64,000 nucleotides of DNA, taken from an uncultured delta proteobacterium (GTDB lineage: Bacteria; Desulfobacterota; Syntrophia; Syntrophales; UBA2185). Numbering within the stretch: position 1 is the first letter of the stretch; each line of letters starts with the position of its first letter. Under the pieces are notes generated by a model, which had not been told where the DNA came from, made no database searches, and worked only from the letters and a program-made list of their open reading frames with translations. The translations under genes were made by a program, and so were the position numbers. Below are positions 53,958 through 64,000 of the stretch, one piece after another. The stretch spans positions 32,001-96,000 of the forward strand of contig CAVOID010000011.1 in the NCBI GenBank assembly GCA_963695875.1, in the 5' to 3' direction.

Positions 53958-54499
53958 TCAGCAGCAATATTGCAAAGCGTTATGCCCGGGCATTTTTTGA
54001 GATAGCCAGGGAAGATGGACTCTATGAAAAGTATTACCATGAATTGACGCTATTTTCTTCCATTGTCAAGGAAAACAAAGATCTCAAGGATTTATTATTA
54101 AATCCTGTTTTTGATCAGGCCGAAAAAAGAGCCGTTGTAGATTCGCTTCTGAAAAAGGTTGATATATCAAATATAACGGCAAATTTTTTAAGACTGCTGG
54201 TTGATAAACGAAGAATTGGTATTCTGCCCGATATAGAAAGTTGTTACCGGAAATTAATGGACGATGCTCTGAGAAAAATCAGGGTTGATGTCAAGACAGC
54301 TTTCCCATTGTCCGCCGAATTATCCGCAAAACTTCAGAAACGCATGGAAGAATTAACCGGCAGAAAAGTAGAAATGGCAGTTTCAGAAGATGCCTCATTG
54401 TTGGGTGGTATTGTCGTCGGTGTAGGGGATACGCTATACGATGGAAGTATAAAAACTCAACTGCATAATATTAGGAATCTCTTAGGGGAGGAAATATAG
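53954..54499 (+). CDS. atpH: ATP synthase F1 delta subunit
   Basis: IAKRYARA, LLGGIVVGVGDTLYDGSIKTQL. Confidence 0.95.
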   Translation: MISSNIAKRYARAFFEIAREDGLYEKYYHELTLFSSIVKENKDLKDLLLNPVFDQAEKRAVVDSLLKKVDISNITANFLRLLVDKRRIGILPDIESCYRKLMDDALRKIRVDVKTAFPLSAELSAKLQKRMEELTGRKVEMAVSEDASLLGGIVVGVGDTLYDGSIKTQLHNIRNLLGEEI

Positions 54500-54502
54500 A
54501 GC

Positions 54503-56019
<1,517 letters not shown>

Positions 56020-56072
56020 GGAATTGAGAGCATTCTGATAAATAGATCACATACTTAAAGAAGGAAGTATTA

Positions 56073-56948
56073 ATGGCCGCACTAAAGGACATTAGAAGAA
56101 AAATAGTTGGAGTAAAAAAAACAAAGCAGATCACCAGAGCCATGAATATGGTGGCCGCCTCGAAACTGAAAGCTGCTCAGTTGAGGATGGAGAATTTTCG
56201 TCCCTATGCGATTAAATTCATGGATGTACTCAGCAGCCTGGCGCTACGTGTGGACGCGGAAACGCACCCCCTCTTAGCCGTCCGGGAACCGAAAAGAATC
56301 AGGGTAATCTGTATGACCTCCGACAGGGGTCTGTGCGGAGGTTTCAATACCAATTTGATTAAGGCAACAGAGAGATTCATTCGGGACAAGGCCAGGGAAG
56401 GTAAAGAGGTTGAATTAATTGCCGTAGGGAGGAAAGGGAGAGACTATTTCAGAAAAAAGCAGAAACTCATTAACCAGTGGTCGGATGTCTTCGGAAAGTT
56501 CGACATAACCCTTGCCGTAAAAATTTCCGATGAAATCATACCTTCTTTTGTACGGGAGGAGTATGATGAATTGTACGTTATATACAACGAATTCAGAAAC
56601 ATAGCAGTACAAAGGCCCTCAGTCGTGAGGCTGTTCCCTTTGCCTCCGATCGGGAAGGACGAAGATGTGGATCCAAACAAGAGAATAGAATACATATATG
56701 AACCTTCTGATGAAATTTTGCTGGAAAAGCTCCTTCCCATGTATGTTCATGTTCTGGTCTTCAGAGCTCTCTTGGAAACATCCGCCGGAGAAAACGGCGC
56801 ACGAATGGTTGCGATGGATAACGCCACAAAGAATTGCGAGGAAATGATCCAGAACCTTACATTAAGAATGAATAAAGCAAGACAGTCTGCCATTACGGCT
56901 GAGCTGATGGATATTGTCGGCGGTACAGAGGCCCTGGCAAAGAGTTAA
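56073..56948 (+). CDS. atpG: ATP synthase F1 gamma subunit
   Basis: QITRAMNMVAASK, SDRGLCG, ARQSAITAEL. Confidence 0.97.
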   Translation: MAALKDIRRKIVGVKKTKQITRAMNMVAASKLKAAQLRMENFRPYAIKFMDVLSSLALRVDAETHPLLAVREPKRIRVICMTSDRGLCGGFNTNLIKATERFIRDKAREGKEVELIAVGRKGRDYFRKKQKLINQWSDVFGKFDITLAVKISDEIIPSFVREEYDELYVIYNEFRNIAVQRPSVVRLFPLPPIGKDEDVDPNKRIEYIYEPSDEILLEKLLPMYVHVLVFRALLETSAGENGARMVAMDNATKNCEEMIQNLTLRMNKARQSAITAELMDIVGGTEALAKS

Positions 56949-56966
56949 AAAAGTTAAGCACTATAG

Positions 56967-58818
<1,852 letters not shown>

Positions 58819-58831
58819 GGACGCGAATAGA

Positions 58832-59398
58832 TCAAACGCAAGAAAGCCAGGAGTTGAGAAATGAATATCTCTTTTCACTCCTGGCTTTTTTATTTCTATA
58901 ATAGCCTGTCTTTATTCCTTCGTTACATGCAACGCTGATATCTACGACCTCAAAGTCCCGTGTACCTCCCGGAGTTCTTACGCTCACTTCATCACCAACG
59001 CATTTTCCGATCAATGCCTTACCGATGGGCGATGTGACAGAAATCCTATTCTCATTCACATCTGATTCAAACGGTCCGACAAGCTGATACTTAATGCCGC
59101 TTCCGGTGTTGATATCTTCAATAGTGACTGTTGATCCGAAGACCACCTTGTCGCACGTTAGACCATCGAGACTTACAATATATGACATGGAAAGATTATT
59201 TTCGAGTTCCTTAATCCTTCCTTGTAAAAATGATTGCCTCTCTTTGGCGGCTTGATACTCCGCATTCTCAGTTATATCCCCGTGTGCTCTTGCTACTTCA
59301 ATATCCCGTATATTTTCCGGTAAAGAGACCGTTTTAATATATTCCAGCTCCTTCTTAAGCTTCTCAAATCCTGATTTCGTAATAGGTATTTTTTTCAT
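58832..59398 (-). CDS. greA: Transcription elongation factor GreA (true 3' end probably near 58925)
   Basis: ARAHGDITENAEYQAAKE, ISVTSPIGKALIG, TPGG. Confidence 0.93.
   Translation of the reverse strand: MKKIPITKSGFEKLKKELEYIKTVSLPENIRDIEVARAHGDITENAEYQAAKERQSFLQGRIKELENNLSMSYIVSLDGLTCDKVVFGSTVTIEDINTGSGIKYQLVGPFESDVNENRISVTSPIGKALIGKCVGDEVSVRTPGGTRDFEVVDISVACNEGIKTGYYRNKKARSEKRYSFLNSWLSCV
58843..58891. terminator. Bidirectional intrinsic terminator between atpC and greA
   Basis: AAAGCCAGGAGT pairs with ACTCCTGGCTTT, followed by a T run. Confidence 0.8.
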
Positions 59399-59576
59399 AA
59401 TTTCTCCTTGTGCCGGCGCCATCCTGTAATAACGAAAAATGACTTCTAATAAAGAAATCAGCCGGTGTCAAGAGAGATTTACCAAGTGCGTCAGCGGATT
59501 TGTGAATGTCTTGCTATGCCTTCATAAGTATGCTAAAATATAATTCTTTAATGAGTATATTAAAATTTATCGGCAG

Positions 59577-60581
59577 ATGATACGTCCTATGCTTGACGGG
59601 CATAATAGAGAGATTAACTACCTGAGAGTTTCTATCACAGACAGATGCAACCTTCGGTGCAACTACTGTATGCCGAGGGAAGGAATATCTCAAATCGGAC
59701 ATGACGATATCCTGAGGTATGAAGAAATATTGAGGATCGTTCGTGTCGCCGTTGGTATGGGAATCAGTAAGGTCAGAATAACCGGCGGCGAGCCTCTGGT
59801 GAGGCGCGGTGTCGTTGATTTTATTTCTTCACTCGCATCCCTGAAAGGTCTGAGTGATATCAGCCTGACAACCAACGGGACACTTTTAGAAGCTTTTGCC
59901 GCCAAACTCTTTGCTGCAGGCATGAAAAGGATCAACATCAGCCTCGATTCTCTCAACCCGGAGAAATACGCCCATATAACAAGAGGCGGTGACCTAAGCA
60001 ATGTGCTGGCTGGTATCGCAGAAGTCCACAGACTGGGTTTCGCGCCGATTAAAATCAATACTGTGGCCATAAAAGGCTTCAACGAAGATGAAATACTAGA
60101 CTTCGCAAAACTCAGTTTCCTTAAACCCTACCAGATCAGATTTATCGAATTTATGACCATAGGACATGCTGCCCTCGATTCTGGTAATCAGTATTTATCC
60201 AATGCGGTCATCAGGGAAATCATCAACCGGCGCTACCATCTAGAAGCCGTCAATGGCAAAAGGAATGCCATGGATGGGCCGGCGCAGATATACAAGATTG
60301 CTGAGGGTGCAGGAGAGATAGGTTTTATAAGTCCCTTAAGTCACAAATTCTGTCATGCATGCAATCGACTCCGGCTTACAGCGGATGGGCGCCTCAGGAT
60401 ATGTCTGCTGTCAGACGAAGAAGTCGATCTGCAAAGACCGCTGCGGAGTGGTTGCAGTGACGCGGACCTGACAGATCTCATAAAAACGGCAATAAGCCAA
60501 AAACCATTACAGCATGATATTTCCTGTGATGAAGGTCATAGAAAGAAGTGCATGACGGACATGTCTTACATCGGAGGTTGA
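59577..60581 (+). CDS. moaA: GTP 3',8-cyclase MoaA
   Basis: YLRVSITDRCNLRCNYC, TGGEPL, FCHACNRLRLT, C-terminal IGG. Confidence 0.96.
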   Translation: MIRPMLDGHNREINYLRVSITDRCNLRCNYCMPREGISQIGHDDILRYEEILRIVRVAVGMGISKVRITGGEPLVRRGVVDFISSLASLKGLSDISLTTNGTLLEAFAAKLFAAGMKRINISLDSLNPEKYAHITRGGDLSNVLAGIAEVHRLGFAPIKINTVAIKGFNEDEILDFAKLSFLKPYQIRFIEFMTIGHAALDSGNQYLSNAVIREIINRRYHLEAVNGKRNAMDGPAQIYKIAEGAGEIGFISPLSHKFCHACNRLRLTADGRLRICLLSDEEVDLQRPLRSGCSDADLTDLIKTAISQKPLQHDISCDEGHRKKCMTDMSYIGG

Positions 60582-60598
60582 TATGAAATGGGGGGTAT

Positions 60599-61375
60599 TT
60601 GATGGTCTTCAACGATGAAGCAATCGCCGGATCCTACGATGACTGGCTTAAATCACCCATTGGTCGATATATTGACGGGAGAGAAAAGAGTCTGATTCTT
60701 GACCTTATCGCACCCAGAGTAGGTGAAAAAGTTTTAGATGTGGGATGTGGAACGGGTGAACACCTACTCCTTTTCATGAAAAAAGGCTGTGACATCACAG
60801 GAGTTGAGCCATCACCCTATATGTTGGATATTGCTAAAAAGAAGCTGGGAAGTAGAGCGGATCTTTACATGGGAAAAGCTGAAGAATTGCCTTTCTCCGA
60901 TAATGAATTCGATATCGTTACCTTGATCAGTTCCCTCGAATTCTTGGATGATCCTCAGAAGGCGATATGTGAAGCTATCAGGGTATGCCGGGGAAGGATC
61001 TTCCTGGGTGGGACAAACAGATTGTCCGTAGTAGGGACACGCTGGAAGTATGACCAGCTGGTCTGTCAATCCTTATATAAAAGCGCCCGGTTTTTCCATA
61101 TCGGCCAGTTAATCGGCATGGTCAGGAACCAGCTTCAGGGTGTCCGTACCCAGTGGGGGAGCGTGATCTTCCTGCCCTATCGATGGTATTCATTTGCGAC
61201 CGGTATTGAGGAGATGATCCCCATTATGAAAAATCCCTTTGGTGCCTTTTTAGGCATGTCATTTCCTGTGACCTTTACCTACAGGGCACTTCAGGATGTT
61301 ATCAGGGAACCATTCAAAATGGAGCCGCAGAGAAGACAGCCGGCCCCCGGCATTGTGAGGGAGATAAGGAAATGA
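60599..61375 (+). CDS. Class I SAM-dependent methyltransferase
   Basis: LDVGCGTG, AEELPFSDNEFD. Confidence 0.88.
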   Translation: MMVFNDEAIAGSYDDWLKSPIGRYIDGREKSLILDLIAPRVGEKVLDVGCGTGEHLLLFMKKGCDITGVEPSPYMLDIAKKKLGSRADLYMGKAEELPFSDNEFDIVTLISSLEFLDDPQKAICEAIRVCRGRIFLGGTNRLSVVGTRWKYDQLVCQSLYKSARFFHIGQLIGMVRNQLQGVRTQWGSVIFLPYRWYSFATGIEEMIPIMKNPFGAFLGMSFPVTFTYRALQDVIREPFKMEPQRRQPAPGIVREIRK

Positions 61376-62382
61376 CGCGGGAAGCAATGCTTTATGAAAA
61401 AATAGAAGACAATCAGGTAAGATGTTACCTCTGTGCGCACCATTGCAGGATTAAACAGGATAAGCGGGGCATTTGCGGGGTCAGGGAGAACAGAAGCGGA
61501 ATTCTTTACAGCCTCGTCTATGGGAAGCTGATCGCAGAAAATGTAGATCCTGTCGAAAAGAAACCCCTCTTTCACGTATATCCGGGATCAAAGTCATTTT
61601 CCATCGCGACGGTAGGCTGCAATTTTCGCTGCATATTCTGTCAGAACCATGAAATCTCCCAGATACCGAGGGAAAACGGGAGAATCATGGGAAGGGACAC
61701 TACCCCTGCCGATGTTGTGGAGAGAGCCCTGGATACAGGATCAAGAACCATTTCATATACCTACACAGAGCCGACTATATATTTTGAATTTGCTTATGAA
61801 ATTGCAATGATTGCCACCGCGAAAGGACTGAAAAATGTCTTTGTAACAAACGGATTCATGACGCAAGAGGCTCTCGAGACGATATCGCCATATCTCCATG
61901 CGGCAAATGTCGACCTGAAATCATTCAGTGATGATTTTTACAAGAAGAGATGTGGGGCGCGTCTCCAGCCGGTTCTTGATAGTTTGAAAAAGATGAAATC
62001 GCTGGGTATCTGGGTGGAGATAACCACTCTTTTGATTCCCACCCTAAATGATGGTGATGACGAGCTCCGGCAGATCGCTGAATTCATTTACTCACTGGGT
62101 GCGGAAACCCCGTGGCATATAAGTCGTTTTCATCCCCAGTATCAACTAACCGAGATACCATTGACGCCCGCAGCAGCAATCCACAAGGCCGTTGAAATAG
62201 GGAAGGCGAGTGGATTGAAATACATATACAGCGGCAATATCCCGGGAGATGAAGGTGAAGATACCAGATGTTCAAGCTGCGGTGAGCACCTCATAGACCG
62301 CTACGGTTTTTACATCGAAAGGCTTAATCTGAAAGGAACAAACTGCCCCCGGTGCAATACCCCGCTTGACGGAATATTCTAA
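61372..62382 (+). CDS. amrS: AmmeMemoRadiSAM system radical SAM enzyme
   Basis: CYLCAHHC, DPVEKKPLFH, GCNFRCIFCQN, YTYTEP, WHISRFHP. Confidence 0.9.
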   Translation: MTREAMLYEKIEDNQVRCYLCAHHCRIKQDKRGICGVRENRSGILYSLVYGKLIAENVDPVEKKPLFHVYPGSKSFSIATVGCNFRCIFCQNHEISQIPRENGRIMGRDTTPADVVERALDTGSRTISYTYTEPTIYFEFAYEIAMIATAKGLKNVFVTNGFMTQEALETISPYLHAANVDLKSFSDDFYKKRCGARLQPVLDSLKKMKSLGIWVEITTLLIPTLNDGDDELRQIAEFIYSLGAETPWHISRFHPQYQLTEIPLTPAAAIHKAVEIGKASGLKYIYSGNIPGDEGEDTRCSSCGEHLIDRYGFYIERLNLKGTNCPRCNTPLDGIF

Positions 62383-62598
62383 AAAGGTGCAGTCTTCTGG
62401 TGTCTCGTTTAAGCCGTGTTACCCCGAATCTGATATTTTCATGTACAGCGGAAAGTCATTTATAGAATCTAAGGCGGTAGATACGCTGTATGAAAAAAAG
62501 CTTTATCAGATAGTGGAAAAGTGAACATTACTGTTCTGGATGCATGGTATCTTTCTTAGAAGAAGTTCTTCATGGTCTATAGAGATGCGTCCCCCGAT

Positions 62599-62853
62599 TC
62601 AGCAGGAATCCTCCCAATCCATGTCGTTGTCGTCATACGACCGTGACAGGACTTCATGGGCCTTATCCCGTAAGCTTTCAGGAACCATCACCTTCACTTC
62701 ACCAAGGCCATCAATCGTGATTGCGTAAATAGCTCCGACAGCTTCATATTTCAATCTAGTGGGGATGCCTTCTGTTTCCAGTCTTCCTACAACAATGTTT
62801 GCATTGGTCATGCCCGATGCTCTATATACTACTTCCCATTTTTCCTCATTCAT
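62599..62853 (-). CDS. DUF2007-like (PII-like fold) small protein
   Basis: WEVVY...ANIVVGRLETEGIP...GLGEVKVMVPE. Confidence 0.8.
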   Translation of the reverse strand: MNEEKWEVVYRASGMTNANIVVGRLETEGIPTRLKYEAVGAIYAITIDGLGEVKVMVPESLRDKAHEVLSRSYDDNDMDWEDSC

Positions 62854-63243
62854 GGCTATATCCAATTTGGTTCTTCTCCAATTCAGTTGCAAAGAGGGTT
62901 CAAGTACTCGCTTTCCAGTCACTTTATAAATGCATTGATAACCTTTCCGCTTCTCCCAGATTTTACCATACTTCCTTCAATTGCCAATATTAATATAACC
63001 CAACTCTTATAATTTTTGTCAGATATTTAAATTTTGTAACCCTGAATATACCAGCAATTTTTCAGAGATAAACCATATTTTTATACCACTTTTGCCAATA
63101 TGGACAAAATATCAAAAGTTGATTGATCGATACCATATATTGTGGTCAACAATTTAAAGATACATTTAGTTGTATTTTTTCTTTACAAGGCACATATATT
63201 TTGTTAGTATTCATAAAATTTAATTTCCACTGGATAGTAAAAA

Positions 63244-64000
63244 ATGAGGCTGAAGAGACTGGAAATAACCGGGTTTAAATCTTTCCGGGATAAGATTATC
63301 ATAGATTTTTCTAAAGGGATATCTGCTGTCGTAGGCCCTAACGGATGTGGCAAGAGCAATATCGTTGATGCAATCCGCTGGGTGATGGGCGAACAGAGGG
63401 TCAAAACGTTGCGCGGGAAAAAGATGGATGATGTCATCTTTCACGGTGCTGAAAATGCAGCCCCCGTTAGTATGACAGATGTAACGATGATCTTGGACAG
63501 TAACGGTCGTAAGTTCCCCGGGACGTATGACGAATGCAGCGAGGTTATGATTTCGAGGAGGCTCTTCCGGGAAGGTGAAAGCGAATACACGATAAATAAA
63601 GTGCCCTGCAGGCTGATCGATGTCAGGGACTTCTTCATGAGTACAGGAACCGGAGTAAGAACATACTCTCTCGTGGAACAGAACAGCGTTGCCAATCTCG
63701 TTGAGGCGAAACCTGAAGAGAGAAGGCAGTTTATTGAAGATGCTGCGGGCATATCGAAATATAAAGTCAGAAAAGAAGCGGCTTCCCGGAAGATGGAAGC
63801 AACAAGGCAAAACATAGTCCGCTTGAATGATATTATCAGAGAGGTAAAATCTCAACTCAATGCGGTGTCACGGCAGGCCAAAAGGGCGGAACAGTACAAA
63901 GCACTAAAGAAGGAGATCAAAGAGGCGGAACTGACACTGGCACTTCAGACGTATGTGGAATTATCAGGGCAGAAGGAAGCACTTGGGCAAACGCGTGACG
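63244..64000 (+). CDS. smc: Chromosome segregation protein SMC (runs off the 3' end; absent from the ORF track)
   Basis: MRLKRLEITGFKSF...VGPNGCGKSNIVDAIRWVMGEQ...LRG..MDDVIF. Confidence 0.95.
   Translation, partial: MRLKRLEITGFKSFRDKIIIDFSKGISAVVGPNGCGKSNIVDAIRWVMGEQRVKTLRGKKMDDVIFHGAENAAPVSMTDVTMILDSNGRKFPGTYDECSEVMISRRLFREGESEYTINKVPCRLIDVRDFFMSTGTGVRTYSLVEQNSVANLVEAKPEERRQFIEDAAGISKYKVRKEAASRKMEATRQNIVRLNDIIREVKSQLNAVSRQAKRAEQYKALKKEIKEAELTLALQTYVELSGQKEALGQTRD

Noticed and set aside
58832..58930. C-terminal extension of GreA
   Set aside because: It runs through the terminator hairpin, and a TAA lies in a neighbouring frame just after the usual end. Probably an indel artefact.
63204..63855. 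Minus-strand ORFs of 77-211 aa
   Set aside because: Antisense shadows of smc.

Overview
64 kb of bacterial chromosome. It is most likely from an anaerobic deltaproteobacterium (Desulfobacterota, Syntrophales-like); this is inferred from the split atpF'FHAGDC operon, the PAS-LuxR and GAF proteins and the Fe-S paralogue types. The right third is conserved housekeeping: ppiD-like, mreBCD-mrdA-rodA, bactofilin, atpF'FHAGDC, greA, moaA, AmmeMemoRadiSAM and the start of smc. The left two thirds mix housekeeping genes (glmM, dedA, hypABDF, ubiE/menG, lon-hsp20, ade) with accessory genes. Many genes, including essential ones, are broken by single-base indels, which I read as sequencing errors rather than pseudogenes. 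Most notable observations: (1) an intact, GC-rich five-gene acetophenone-carboxylase-like operon (apcABCDE order) with none of its usual pathway partners in the window; (2) an exported rhodanese whose active-site loop reads through an in-frame UGA (C-T-U, a probable selenoprotein missed by the ORF track); (3) a large MORN / helical rod / MORN protein plus two other MORN paralogues; (4) a stand-alone B12-binding domain that lacks the cobalt-ligating His; (5) a nested RNA structure enclosing the RBS of an ATP-grasp ligase gene; (6) a miniature IS200/IS605-type element. No rRNA, tRNA or CRISPR array was seen. All family assignments come from motif recognition, not database searches.
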